Origin: Acidobacteriota bacterium
GTDB lineage: Bacteria; Acidobacteriota; UBA6911; RPQK01; JAJDTT01
Length of the DNA: 64,000 bases
Reading direction: 5' to 3'
Assembly: GCA_965217775.1 (NCBI GenBank)
Contig: CBDCJH010000002.1
Span: 160,001-224,000, forward strand
Positions 19,034 to 29,287 of the stretch are shown in pieces. The notes below the pieces were generated by a model. That model worked only from the letters and a program-made list of their open reading frames with translations, was not told the DNA's origin and ran no database searches. The translations under genes were made by a program, and so were the position numbers. Position 1 is the stretch's first letter, and the number at the start of each line of letters is the position of its first letter.

Positions 19034-19093
19034 GGGGGACAGTCTTGTCCCCCGCTTCAACACCGACCCGGAATCGGGGGTTGCAAACCCCCG
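19034..19093. repeat. Two GC-rich hairpins (REP-like or terminator)
   Basis: GGGGGACA-GTCT-TGTCCCCC (19034-19053) and CGGGGGTT-GCA-AACCCCCG (19075-19093). Confidence 0.6.
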
Positions 19094-19141
19094 CTCCCAC
19101 GCCCCCTTTTTATCGGCCGTTGCATGTGCTTGAATAGCCCC

Positions 19142-20854
19142 GTGCTAGAAGTCATTCGAAGTCCCAAGGTGTACGACGTCGTGGTCATCGGTTCCGGCGC
19201 CGGCGGCGGCACCGCGGTCCAGGTCCTGACCGGGAAGGGCATTGAGGTGGCCCTCCTGGAAGCGGGTCCCATGCTGGATCCCGAAAAGGACTACAAGGAG
19301 CACATGCTCCCGCATCACGTGGATCACCGGGGGGCCGGCGTGGGTGGCGCCCACTACTTCGGAAAGCAGCCCTGGGGCTTCTTCCGGGCGCCCAACGGAG
19401 CCTGGGAGCTGGAGGGCGAACCCTACACGGTGGCGCCGGGCAGCGATTTCCGCTGGTTCCGCTCCCGGATCCTGGGTGGACGCACCAACCACTACGGCCG
19501 GATCTCCCTTCGGTTCGCCGACTACGATTTCCTGCCCTACTCCATGGACGGACTGGGCACCGACTGGCCCATCACCTACGACGATCTGGCCCCCTACTAC
19601 GACAAGGCCGAATCCTTTATCGGTGTCACCGGGAGCATCGAGGGCATCCGGAGTGCGCCCGACGGCATCTTCCAACCGTGTCCGCCCCCGAAGGCCCACG
19701 AGCATCTCATCAAACAGGCCTGCACCCGCATGGGCCTTCCCTGCATCCCCATGCGGCGGGCGGTCATTACCCGTCCCCTCAATGGACGCGCCGCCTGCCA
19801 TTACTGCGGGCAGTGCGGGCGGGGCTGCATCACCGCCTCCAACTACGCCTCCAGCCAGGTACAGATCCTGCCCGCCCTGAAGACCGGCAAACTGAAGATC
19901 TTCGACCAGGCCATGGCCAGGGAGATCCTCAGCGACGAGGACGGCCGCGTCACGGCCGTCTCCTACATCGACAAGAAGACTCGAACGGAACGGCAGATCC
20001 GGTGCCGGGTCGTGGTGCTGGCCGCCAGCGCCTGCGAGTCCACACGGCTCCTTCTGAATTCCCGGTCCAGCCGTTTTCCCCAGGGCCTGTCCAACAACTC
20101 GGGGGTGGTGGGCCGGTTCCTGATGGACACGGTGGGCCTTGGAATCCAGGGGTACGTCCCGGCTCTGGAGGGTATGCCCCGTTACGACACGGACGGGTTC
20201 AGCGGCGGCCACGTCTACTCTCCGTGGTGGGAATGGGACAAGAAGAACAAGGAATTCCCCCGCGGGTACCACATCGAGATCGGCGGCGGCTTCGGAATGC
20301 CCGGCGTCGGCAGCTTCCAGGGGCAGGTGAACCGGATCGGCGGCTACGGCCGGGAACTCAAGGGGCGGATCCGGAAGGAGTACGGCGCCTTCGTGTCGTT
20401 TGCCGGACGCGGTGAGATGATCCCCAACAATCTGAGCTACTGCGAGCTGGACCCGGTGACGGTGGACAAATGGGGGATTCCGGTGCTGCGCTTCCATTTC
20501 AAGTGGAGCGACTACGAATGGAAGCAGGCCCGGCACATGGAGCGAACCTTCGTCGACCTGATCGAGACCATGGGGGGGAAGGTGCTGGGTCACCGGTCAC
20601 CCCAGGTGGACGGAAAGGGAATTTCGGTTCCCGGCACCATCATCCATGAGTTGGGGACCGTCCGCATGGGGAACGACCCTCGCAGTTCGGCCCTGAACCA
20701 GTACTGTCAGGGCCACGAGGTGCCCAACCTCTTCGTGGCCGATGCGGCTCCTTTCGTCAGCAATCCCGACAAGAATCCCACTCTGACCATCACGGCTCTG
20801 GCTTGGCGCACATCGGACTACATCGCCGAGGAAATGAGGAAGGGCCATGTCTGA
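19142..20854 (+). CDS. GMC-family oxidoreductase (glycoside 3-dehydrogenase-like flavoprotein)
   Basis: DVVVIGSGAGGG FAD motif, CHYCGQCGRGC, HELGTVRMG, NPTLTITALA. Confidence 0.9.
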   Translation: MLEVIRSPKVYDVVVIGSGAGGGTAVQVLTGKGIEVALLEAGPMLDPEKDYKEHMLPHHVDHRGAGVGGAHYFGKQPWGFFRAPNGAWELEGEPYTVAPGSDFRWFRSRILGGRTNHYGRISLRFADYDFLPYSMDGLGTDWPITYDDLAPYYDKAESFIGVTGSIEGIRSAPDGIFQPCPPPKAHEHLIKQACTRMGLPCIPMRRAVITRPLNGRAACHYCGQCGRGCITASNYASSQVQILPALKTGKLKIFDQAMAREILSDEDGRVTAVSYIDKKTRTERQIRCRVVVLAASACESTRLLLNSRSSRFPQGLSNNSGVVGRFLMDTVGLGIQGYVPALEGMPRYDTDGFSGGHVYSPWWEWDKKNKEFPRGYHIEIGGGFGMPGVGSFQGQVNRIGGYGRELKGRIRKEYGAFVSFAGRGEMIPNNLSYCELDPVTVDKWGIPVLRFHFKWSDYEWKQARHMERTFVDLIETMGGKVLGHRSPQVDGKGISVPGTIIHELGTVRMGNDPRSSALNQYCQGHEVPNLFVADAAPFVSNPDKNPTLTITALAWRTSDYIAEEMRKGHV

Positions 20855-21545
20855 GCCGGGCGGCCGCCAGGCCATCGAAGTTTCCCGCCGCGTCCTGCTC
20901 CAGCGGATCGCCATGGCGGTGGCTTCAACCGGCGTGCTGGATCTGAGGGCGGCCCAGCATGTCCACAAGGCCGTGTCTCACGAGAAGCAGCGGACCGGCG
21001 AATACACGCCGCAATGCTTCAACGCCGGCGAGTATGAGACGCTGCAGCGGCTGAGCGAGTTGATGGTTCCGGCCGACGATCATTCCGGCAGCGCCCTGGA
21101 TGCCGGGGCTCCGGAGTTCATCGACGTGCTTGCCAGCCAGAACGAGGAACTGGCCAGGATCTTCATCTCCGGGATCTTCTGGCTCGACCGCGAGATGGGC
21201 CGCCGTCAGGCCAGCCGTTTCAAGGATGCCTCCGAGGGGGAGCAGACTCGGCTGTTGGATGATCTGGCCGCCGAAGCCGACGGGTCGGAAGAGGCCCTGC
21301 AAGGCTCTCGCGCCGGTGTCGAGTATGCCGGCTTCAAGGACTACACGGCCCGGGCCGATCGGCGCCTCGGGCCCGGAGCCCGCTTCTTCGTGTGGGCGCG
21401 GCGCCTGATCGTCGACGCCTTCTACACCAGCCCCATCGGATTTGAGGACGTGGGGTACAAGGGCAACCAGTACCTGACCGATTACGAGGTCCCGCAAGAG
21501 GCCATCGACTACGTCATGAAGCGGAGCCCACTCGGAACGGCGTGA
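20847..21545 (+). CDS. Gluconate 2-dehydrogenase subunit 3 family protein
   Basis: Tat-like SRRVLL; SALDAGAPEFID; AFYTSPIG..GYKGN; coupled to the GMC gene. Confidence 0.85.
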   Translation: MSEPGGRQAIEVSRRVLLQRIAMAVASTGVLDLRAAQHVHKAVSHEKQRTGEYTPQCFNAGEYETLQRLSELMVPADDHSGSALDAGAPEFIDVLASQNEELARIFISGIFWLDREMGRRQASRFKDASEGEQTRLLDDLAAEADGSEEALQGSRAGVEYAGFKDYTARADRRLGPGARFFVWARRLIVDAFYTSPIGFEDVGYKGNQYLTDYEVPQEAIDYVMKRSPLGTA

Positions 21546-21566
21546 TTCTTCGAGTCGTGGCCGGAT

Positions 21567-22859
21567 CTAGGCTGCGCTGGATGTCCCATTGCCCGGCTGG
21601 CGATTCCCGTAGATGGTCACGACTCCGGTCCGGTCGTCTCCCCCTAGATTCGCCGCCAGACCGAACTCGGGACGCCGGGCGATCTGGTAGCCGCCGCATC
21701 GGCCCTTGAGTTGCTTGAAGATCTCCAGGGCCTGCTTGACCCCGGTGGCGCCCACCGGATGGCCGAAGCCCATGAGGCCGCCTCCCGTGTTCACCGGCAG
21801 ATCTCCTTCGATCTCCGTGGCGCCGTTACGGACCAGCTCCGAAGCTTCGCCCTTCCGGCAGAACCCCAACGCCTCGTAAAGGAGCAACTCGGTAACGCTG
21901 AAGCAGTCGTGGACCTCGGCGACGCCGATCTGCCCGGGCCCGACCTGTCCGTCCTCATAGGCTTCCTGGGCGGCTATCGCGGCCGTGGAGAGACTCAGGG
22001 GATCCGGGATTTCGTCCAGGGGAGCGGTGGCATGGCCGTAGGAAAGGATCTGAACGGCGTCCCGGACGGGAGACTTGCCCAGCGTCTCCAGCCCCCGGTC
22101 CGAAACCAGGACCAGGGCCGAGGCTCCGTCCGAGACCTGAGAGCAGTCGCTCACTTTCAGGTAGTCGCGGAACTCGGGATGACTGAGGAATTGGGGGTTC
22201 CGATCGGAAGGAGTCGAAGCCTCTTCCAGGGTCAACCGGACGGCCTGCATGTGGGCGTTCGGGTTCCGGTTGGCGTTGGAGTAGGCCTTGACCACAACCC
22301 GCGCCAGGTCTTCTTCCCCCACGCCGTAGGCTTGCCGGTAGGCCTTGGAGCGGCGGGCGAAAAGGCAGGGAAAGGTAAAGGGATCGCAGCTTCGCTGGGT
22401 CTCGTAGTGGGCGGCTCGAGCCAGATAGTCGGCCCCTTCCTTGGCACTGACCGTGGTCTGCACCTCGACCCCGGCCACCAGGACGAAGTCGCAGCCTGCG
22501 GAAATGGCGTCGATCCCGGCGATCAGCGCCAGACCACCCGAGGCGCAGGCCCCCTCGACCCTGGAGAAGGCCTTGTTCTTGAATCCGGGCCGGACGCCGG
22601 CCAAGAGGGAACCGAGATGCCCCTGTTTGGAGAAGAGCTCGCCGGTGAAGTTGCCCACGTAGCCCCGCTGGATCTGGTGGTCTGAGACGCTGGTGTCTTC
22701 CAAGGCGCCGATGACGGCCCGCTTCAGGTGCCCTTCCAGCGACGGGTTGGCTCGCCGGCCGTAGTCCGGATGGCCTTTCCAGATGAAGTCGGGATGAAAT
22801 TTTCCGATGAAGCCGCTGTGTGCACCCCCGATCAGGTGCACGTTTCGGGAAGGTTTCAT
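21567..22859 (-). CDS. SCP2-type thiolase
   Basis: RVEGACASGG, EVHDCF, GHPVGATG motifs; ATGA overlap with the cupin gene. Confidence 0.88.
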   Translation of the reverse strand: MKPSRNVHLIGGAHSGFIGKFHPDFIWKGHPDYGRRANPSLEGHLKRAVIGALEDTSVSDHQIQRGYVGNFTGELFSKQGHLGSLLAGVRPGFKNKAFSRVEGACASGGLALIAGIDAISAGCDFVLVAGVEVQTTVSAKEGADYLARAAHYETQRSCDPFTFPCLFARRSKAYRQAYGVGEEDLARVVVKAYSNANRNPNAHMQAVRLTLEEASTPSDRNPQFLSHPEFRDYLKVSDCSQVSDGASALVLVSDRGLETLGKSPVRDAVQILSYGHATAPLDEIPDPLSLSTAAIAAQEAYEDGQVGPGQIGVAEVHDCFSVTELLLYEALGFCRKGEASELVRNGATEIEGDLPVNTGGGLMGFGHPVGATGVKQALEIFKQLKGRCGGYQIARRPEFGLAANLGGDDRTGVVTIYGNRQPGNGTSSAA

Positions 22860-23206
22860 TCGGTTTCTCCGTTGGTCCACAAGGCGGCATAGTCCTCCCG
22901 GACAGGACTGAATACGTCCAGCGCGCGCGCTGGCCCCCCCACGGCCGCCGCACGATGGGGGGTATCGGGAGGAATGATGTAATACTCTCCGGGTTCCAGA
23001 ATTCTCGACTCGGAACCGATCTGCAGCTCCATACGGCCCTGCAACAGCACGCCCCCCTGCTCATGGGGATGGGTGTGGAGGGGGACCTGGGCACCGGGCT
23101 CGAAGTCCACGATCGAGAGCATGAGATTTTCGCCATGAGGCGCCCTGATCCTGATCCCGGGGAAGATCTCCCGGGCTTCGATTCGGGCCAGATCCAGAAA
23201 AGGCAT
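22856..23206 (-). CDS. Cupin-domain protein
   Basis: PLHTHPHEQ...IPPDTPH...DVFSPVREDY. Confidence 0.88.
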   Translation of the reverse strand: MPFLDLARIEAREIFPGIRIRAPHGENLMLSIVDFEPGAQVPLHTHPHEQGGVLLQGRMELQIGSESRILEPGEYYIIPPDTPHRAAAVGGPARALDVFSPVREDYAALWTNGETE

Positions 23207-23316
23207 GCGGGCACTCCTTTCCATCCGTTCCGCTCAGTCTACATGGTACAGCGTCATGCCGGTCGCTGTCATTGAGAGCCGCCTACCATCCGGGTCTGCG
23301 GGACGCCTGTTTTTCT

Positions 23317-23347
23317 CTCACTTTTCATTCCTCACTTCTCACTCCTC
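23317..23347. repeat. CTCACTC heptamer tandem repeat
   Basis: CTCACTT TTCATTC CTCACTT CTCACTC CTC. Confidence 0.65.
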
Positions 23348-23453
23348 CAATTGCTATATATGATGGCCGTCATGCATCGGATCCTGGGAGATTTCTCCTT
23401 CCCACACCATACTTGTGAGGAGCGAGACGGGGTCGTCTTCGGGGAGCGGAAGC

Positions 23454-24323
23454 TTGCCTGAGCTTCCCGAAGTCGAAACCTTGCGCCGGGAGCTGGAGCC
23501 TCGGCTACGGGGCCGGGTCATCAGATCGCTGAGCACGTTTCCATCGCGGGTCTTCCAATTGGATCCGGCTACCCTGGAAGCGGCCGTCACCGGCCAGACC
23601 ATCCACGCCGTATCCCGCCGGGCCAAGTACCTCATTTTCGAGCTGGACCGCTGGTACTGGATCATTCACCTGGGTATGACCGGACAGCTCACGATCCTGG
23701 ACGAACCCATGGAGAACAACGGATCGAGTTCCAGTGGCGGGGACACCCACGTCGCCCTCGTGGCCCGTCTTTCCCGGGGCCGGGCGCTGGCGTTCCGGGA
23801 CGTCAGGAAGTTCGGCCGGGTCATGCTGCTCTCCAAGGAGGGAGGCGGCCTGGGGTCCCGCCTCGGTTCCCTGGGTCCGGAGCCCTTGGGCAGCGACTAT
23901 CTCCTGGAGGACTTTCTGGGGAAATTGGCCAAGAGGAAGGCCCGGATCAAGTCGTTGCTGCTGGATCAGAAGGTCGTGGCCGGGGTCGGAAACATCTATG
24001 CCGACGAGGCCCTCTTCGAAGCCGGTGTGCACCCGGCCAGACGAGTCCGGTACATCCGCCGCTGGGAAAAAGTGAAGCTCTTCGAATCGATCCCGCGAGT
24101 GTTGGAAAGGGCCGTGCTCCATGGCGGGACGACGCTTCAGGACTATCGGAGGAGCAGCGGCAAACCGGGAGAGTATCAAACTTTGCTCAAAGTGTACGGG
24201 CGCGACGGCCAACCGTGCACTCAATGCGGTTCAATCATCCAGAAGACGGTCATCAGCCAGCGAGGCAGCCATTTCTGTGCCTGTTGCCAGCCCCGGATGC
24301 CTCGCCCCAGACCAGGCTGTTGA
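23454..24323 (+). CDS. mutM: Formamidopyrimidine-DNA glycosylase
   Basis: TTG start then PELPEVE; HLGMTG; GVGNIYADE; C-terminal zinc finger. Confidence 0.93.
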   Translation: MPELPEVETLRRELEPRLRGRVIRSLSTFPSRVFQLDPATLEAAVTGQTIHAVSRRAKYLIFELDRWYWIIHLGMTGQLTILDEPMENNGSSSSGGDTHVALVARLSRGRALAFRDVRKFGRVMLLSKEGGGLGSRLGSLGPEPLGSDYLLEDFLGKLAKRKARIKSLLLDQKVVAGVGNIYADEALFEAGVHPARRVRYIRRWEKVKLFESIPRVLERAVLHGGTTLQDYRRSSGKPGEYQTLLKVYGRDGQPCTQCGSIIQKTVISQRGSHFCACCQPRMPRPRPGC

Positions 24324-24349
24324 GGTTGCATTCAGGAGGAGGGAAGAGA

Positions 24350-26023
24350 ATGAGCGGTCGAGTCCAATGTGCTCCGATTCCAGGCGCAGACGAGTTGATG
24401 AGTCCCGAATTCCAGAACTACCTGCTGGTCCTCCACGACCAGTTCGCCGGCCGCATCCATGAGCTTCGCCAAAAGCGGGCCCAGGTGTTGAAGCGAGCGC
24501 TCCATGACGGCGCCGGCCCGGCCCATCTGCCTCCGAGCAACGCCACGACCGGGGACTGGAGCGTTCCCGAAGTGCCGGAGGAGCTCTACGAACCGGGGAT
24601 TGAAATCTCCGGACCTGCCTCCATCACCGGAATGTTCATCAACGCCCTCAATCCGGGTCCGGGTGGATTCCGGGCCCAAGGCGACCTGGACGACGACGAA
24701 GATTCGGCCGGCCACCGGCTGGTGGACACCCTGCAGGCGGCAGCCAACCGCAAGGGTGCCGTTGAACGTACGCTGACCTACTACAACGCCGCCAAGGGAA
24801 AGAAATACGAACTCGCGGAAGGGGGTCTCCCTTTCTTCATGCATCGGGAACGGGGGCTTCACCTGGACGAGCCGGAGGTCCTGGTGGATGGGGCTCCCAT
24901 CTCCGCCAGCATTCTGGGAACGGCGCTGACTCTCTTCCATGCCGGTCAGGCCCAGGCCCGGCGGGGTCAGGGGATCTACTTCTACCTCCCCAAGATGGAG
25001 TCGGCCGAGGAAGCCGGGTTCTGGAGGGACTTCTTCGCCGCAAGTCAGGACTCTCTGCCGGGTCTCCGGAGCGCCACCATCCGGGCCATCGCCTTGGTCG
25101 AGTCGGTTCCGGCCGCCTTTCAGATGGAGGAGATCCTGTACGCCCTGGGGGAGTACGCGGCCGGTCTCAACGCGGCTCGCTGGGACTTCAAGGCCAGCAT
25201 CCTGGAATACGTGATGGCGGACCCGGCTTCGGTCTGGCCCGACCGTTTCGACGTGGACATCAAGACCACCGACTTCCTGACGCGGATATTTCGACGGCTG
25301 GTGGCCATCTGTCTCAAACGCGGCGCGGTTCCCATCGGCGGCATGGCCACGGCGCTGCCGAGCCGCGACGCCGAGGTGAACCAAGTGGCGGCCGAGGCGA
25401 TTCGGGCGGACAAACAGTGGGAGGCCGAGCAGGGTTTTCTGCGGGGGTGGGTCGCGCATATATTCCATATGAAGACGGCGGCGGATCCCTTTCGGGACCT
25501 GAGGGGCTCGGGTTGGAAACCGTCTGCGGAGATGGCTCGGCCTGAGAACTACCCCATCGAGATCATGGTCCCGGAGGGTCCCATAACCGAGGGGGGAACC
25601 CGCCGGAATGCGCGCATGCTGCTGGAGTACGTGGAGGGGTGGCTCAATGGCCGGGGCGCCAAGGGAATCGACAGTCTGGCGGGGCAGCCGGGCAAGCGCC
25701 CGGCCCTGATGGAGGACCTGGCCACGGCCCGGATCTCGGTGGCTCAGATCGCGCAGAGAGTGATCCACGAAGCCCGGGATGCCCGGACCGGCCGGAAGCA
25801 CGATTTTGCTCTGGTCAAGAAGCTGATGGGGGAGGAGTTGGAGAGTATCCTGGAGTTGAGCGCGGCAGGCTCCTCCGGGTCCGGCGCCGCCAAGCGCTAT
25901 CGGAATTCCTACAAGATCGCGCTGCAGTGGGTCAGAAACTATACGGAACTGGACTTCAGAAGTCTGGGCTCCTACACGCGCGGCGATCTGGCCCGGATTG
26001 CAGCCAGTGAGGATGCTTTCTAG
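24350..26023 (+). CDS. Malate synthase-like protein
   Basis: RGLHLDE, YFYLPKME, GLNAARWDF, IGGMA, WVAH, LMEDLATARIS. Confidence 0.8.
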   Translation: MSGRVQCAPIPGADELMSPEFQNYLLVLHDQFAGRIHELRQKRAQVLKRALHDGAGPAHLPPSNATTGDWSVPEVPEELYEPGIEISGPASITGMFINALNPGPGGFRAQGDLDDDEDSAGHRLVDTLQAAANRKGAVERTLTYYNAAKGKKYELAEGGLPFFMHRERGLHLDEPEVLVDGAPISASILGTALTLFHAGQAQARRGQGIYFYLPKMESAEEAGFWRDFFAASQDSLPGLRSATIRAIALVESVPAAFQMEEILYALGEYAAGLNAARWDFKASILEYVMADPASVWPDRFDVDIKTTDFLTRIFRRLVAICLKRGAVPIGGMATALPSRDAEVNQVAAEAIRADKQWEAEQGFLRGWVAHIFHMKTAADPFRDLRGSGWKPSAEMARPENYPIEIMVPEGPITEGGTRRNARMLLEYVEGWLNGRGAKGIDSLAGQPGKRPALMEDLATARISVAQIAQRVIHEARDARTGRKHDFALVKKLMGEELESILELSAAGSSGSGAAKRYRNSYKIALQWVRNYTELDFRSLGSYTRGDLARIAASEDAF

Positions 26024-26080
26024 CCCCCATCATATACTTCCTGGGGCCAGTGGCCCTTGGTGCATCGGATGCGTTAGGTC

Positions 26081-27835
26081 GTGCTGGCTCTACTGTCCCT
26101 GCTCCCCATTGCCGTCGTCGGTCTCTTCCTGGTCGGACTGCGTTGGCCGGCCAGCCGGGCCATGCCCATCTCCTACTTCACCGCGGCGGGACTGGCGCTC
26201 CTGGTCTGGAAGGTCCCGCCGGCTCAGGTGGCGGCCGCCTCGGTGAACGGCCTGGTGGTTGCCCTCTCCCTGCTCTATATCGTGTTCGGGGCCATCCTGC
26301 TCCTGAACACCCTGGAACAAAGCGGGGCGTTGGGAACCATTCGCCGCATCTTTACCGAGATCACCCCGGACCGCCGGATCCAGGTCATCATCATCGCCTG
26401 GCTCTTCGGCTCCTTCATCGAAGGGGCGGCCGGTTTCGGGACGCCGGCGGCGGTGGCGGTGCCGCTCCTGGTGGCCCTCGGGTTTCCGGCCCTCGGCGCC
26501 GTGATGTCCGGAATGATCATCCAGAGCACTCCAGTCTCCTTCGGAGCCGTCGGGACCCCCATCCTGGTGGGCGTGAGCACGGGACTCTCGGCGGATCCCT
26601 CCGTCGTTGCCTTCGCCTCCCAGGCCGGCTATCCGGACTGGTCGCAGTTCCTGACCATGATCGGGACCAAGGTCGCCTTGCTTCACACGGTGACGGGCGC
26701 CCTGGTCCCGCTCTTCGTGCTGGCACTTCTGACCCGATTCTTCGGCCGGAATCGTTCCTACCGGGAGGGCCTCCAGGTCTGGCGGTTCGCGCTCTTCGCC
26801 TCCTTCGCCATGACGCTTCCCTATCTGCTGGTGGCATGGCTTTTGGGGCCCGAATTCCCCTCCATGTTCGGAGGACTGGCCGGACTGGCCGTCGTGGGCG
26901 GGGCCGCCAAGAGGGGTTTTCTCATGCCCGACCCGGAGGAGTGCTGGGAGTTCGACGACCGGGCGCGGTGGCCGGCGGAGTGGTCCGGCACGGTCCGGGT
27001 CGGAGGCTCCGGCGGCGCCCGCACGGACCTGGGTGCACTGCGGTCATGGCTCCCGTACCTGCTGGTGGGCGTGCTTCTGGTCCTGACTCGTCTGCGGGAA
27101 CTGCCGTTTCTGGGCTGGGTCAATTCCTGGACCATCACCCTGACCGACCTCTTCGGGACCGGTATCACGGCGTCGGTGCGTCCCCTCTACCTTCCGGGAA
27201 CCATCTTCATCCTGGTCTGCTGCGTGACCTTTTTTCTCCATTCCATGGAGTGGCCGCGCTTCCGCTCGGCTTGGAGCAAGTCGGCCCGGACCATGTTGAC
27301 GGCGTCCGCCGCGCTGGTCTTCACGGTGCCCATGGTCCAGGTCTTCATCCACAGCGGGGGAGGGGATTCGGGCTTGGAGAAGATGCCCATCGTTCTGGCC
27401 GACGGGGTGGCCGCCGTGGCCGGCTCCGCATGGCCCTTCTTCTCACCCCTCATCGGGGGCTTGGGAGCGTTCGTCGCCGGCAGCAATACGGTGAGCAACA
27501 TGATGTTCTCCCTGTTCCAGTTCGGGGTGGGAGAGAGGATCGGCGTCGATCCCACCTGGGTGGTGGCGCTTCAGGCCGTGGGCGGGGCCGCCGGCAACAT
27601 GATCTGCGTCCACAACGTGGTGGCGGCCTCGGCCGTGGTGGGGCTGGTGGGCCGCGAGGGCCTGGTGTTGCGCAAGACGCTGATTCCCTTTGCCTACTAC
27701 GCTCTTTTGCCGGGAGCCCTGGGATATTCGATCCTCTGGTCCGCCGAACGTGGCTTGGCCAATGCAGGCGTCTTCGTGGCGTTGGCCGTCTGGACGGCTG
27801 CGGTCTACCTGATCGCCACCCACCGGAGGGGGTAG
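26081..27835 (+). CDS. lctP: L-lactate/glycolate permease
   Basis: [38 protein letters not shown]. Confidence 0.9.
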   Translation: MLALLSLLPIAVVGLFLVGLRWPASRAMPISYFTAAGLALLVWKVPPAQVAAASVNGLVVALSLLYIVFGAILLLNTLEQSGALGTIRRIFTEITPDRRIQVIIIAWLFGSFIEGAAGFGTPAAVAVPLLVALGFPALGAVMSGMIIQSTPVSFGAVGTPILVGVSTGLSADPSVVAFASQAGYPDWSQFLTMIGTKVALLHTVTGALVPLFVLALLTRFFGRNRSYREGLQVWRFALFASFAMTLPYLLVAWLLGPEFPSMFGGLAGLAVVGGAAKRGFLMPDPEECWEFDDRARWPAEWSGTVRVGGSGGARTDLGALRSWLPYLLVGVLLVLTRLRELPFLGWVNSWTITLTDLFGTGITASVRPLYLPGTIFILVCCVTFFLHSMEWPRFRSAWSKSARTMLTASAALVFTVPMVQVFIHSGGGDSGLEKMPIVLADGVAAVAGSAWPFFSPLIGGLGAFVAGSNTVSNMMFSLFQFGVGERIGVDPTWVVALQAVGGAAGNMICVHNVVAASAVVGLVGREGLVLRKTLIPFAYYALLPGALGYSILWSAERGLANAGVFVALAVWTAAVYLIATHRRG

Positions 27836-27878
27836 TCGCGGAATCCCTGGCGGGTGTTGCGTCCGGCCGGACCCGTGT

Positions 27879-29198
27879 TCAGGAAGCGCCCGCCCGGGCC
27901 ATTTCCAGGGCTCGGGTGGTCACGAAGTACTTGGAGATCATGTTGGTGATCTCCCATTGGGGCATGGATCCCGACTCCAGGAAACCAAGGTACTTGCTCG
28001 CCACTTCTCCGAAGTGGGCCTCGTGCCCGACACGGTAGCGGTCGGGAATCGACACCTGCCAGCCCGATTCCAATGGCTCCAGGGCCAAGCCGGGATATCG
28101 ATCGGAGATTTCCTCGATGAAACGCCGCAGTCCATTCTCCAGCGTTCCGGAGTCGGCCCCCGGGGCGGGCTGGACCGACAACTCGGGCCGAAACGTCTGT
28201 TCCTCCCCCTGAAGGATGCAGAGATGGGCCTGGGTCCCGCGAATCACCGAGAAGTGGGTGTCGCCGCCTCCGCTGGGCGCCTCGAAATCCCAGGCCACCC
28301 AGATCCTGGCGTGGAGGTCGTCCACCCGGAAGAGGATCTCTCCGTTGCAGAAATAGGGCAGGCAGCCATCCCGGTCCAGTTTCTTCCGCAGGTAAGGAGG
28401 GAAATCGTCCTGGCCCGTGATCTGACCGTACTGCTCCCGGCTCAGGACCGTGGGCCAATGGCGGGCCGCCAGGACCTGGATTCGCGAGCGGTCGACCGCC
28501 TCCCCGGGGAATCCCTGCCACAATACGAGGTCCACCAGATGAGTGGACACGTCCACGATCCCTTCGCCCTGCTGTTCGATGTCGAAGTACCACTCGGGGC
28601 GGATCAAGGTCTGGCCGGCGACCTCCTTGTAGAGATGGTGGACGCTCTCCTTGACCATTCCCGGATCTCGGGAGTCTCCACGGACGGGCGTGCCGATGAC
28701 GTGTGGACAGCGGGCCAACTCCCGCTGCAGGATCGTCGTGATCTCGAAGCGCTCGGTCATGATGTCGTAGATCAGGAGTCCCTTCTCTTCTGCTGTCGAG
28801 AAGGCGCTCTCCAAAACCTTCCAGGCCCCATGACTGACGCACATGGGTTTGTCCGAGAGGACGTTGAGCCCCGATCGGATGCTCTCGTTGAGGTACTGAG
28901 TCTTTCGCCGATTGTTTCCCGCCACCACCACCACGTTGCCGGGCCGGCGCCTCAACATGCGTTCCAGGTAATCGGCCCCCTTGTAGATCTCCTGCCGCCA
29001 GCAGGTCGGGTCCTGCTCCCGCCGGTTGAAACCCTCGACTCTCCGGACGTGGTCCCGGACCTCCGGTCCATCGGGAGCAAAGACGTGCACTTCCGGCGAC
29101 ACCTGGGAGTAGGAGGTCTTCAGCACCAGCGTCGCGTGGAAGTGGCCTGGATTCAATATGATGAGTCGGACGGGACGGGATTCTTGTGAATCTTTCAT
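27879..29198 (-). CDS. Gfo/Idh/MocA-like oxidoreductase
   Basis: PGHFHA, VLSDKPM, DIMTERFE, GEGIVDVSTHLVDL, GHEAHF. Confidence 0.8.
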   Translation of the reverse strand: MKDSQESRPVRLIILNPGHFHATLVLKTSYSQVSPEVHVFAPDGPEVRDHVRRVEGFNRREQDPTCWRQEIYKGADYLERMLRRRPGNVVVVAGNNRRKTQYLNESIRSGLNVLSDKPMCVSHGAWKVLESAFSTAEEKGLLIYDIMTERFEITTILQRELARCPHVIGTPVRGDSRDPGMVKESVHHLYKEVAGQTLIRPEWYFDIEQQGEGIVDVSTHLVDLVLWQGFPGEAVDRSRIQVLAARHWPTVLSREQYGQITGQDDFPPYLRKKLDRDGCLPYFCNGEILFRVDDLHARIWVAWDFEAPSGGGDTHFSVIRGTQAHLCILQGEEQTFRPELSVQPAPGADSGTLENGLRRFIEEISDRYPGLALEPLESGWQVSIPDRYRVGHEAHFGEVASKYLGFLESGSMPQWEITNMISKYFVTTRALEMARAGAS

Positions 29199-29287
29199 GT
29201 CGATTTCCGTGCAGTCGGCGACATTTTGACCTCCCGGCGCCGCCAATGGCAAGCTGCCGAAACCAAGTTCTCTATAATGGATCCCGT

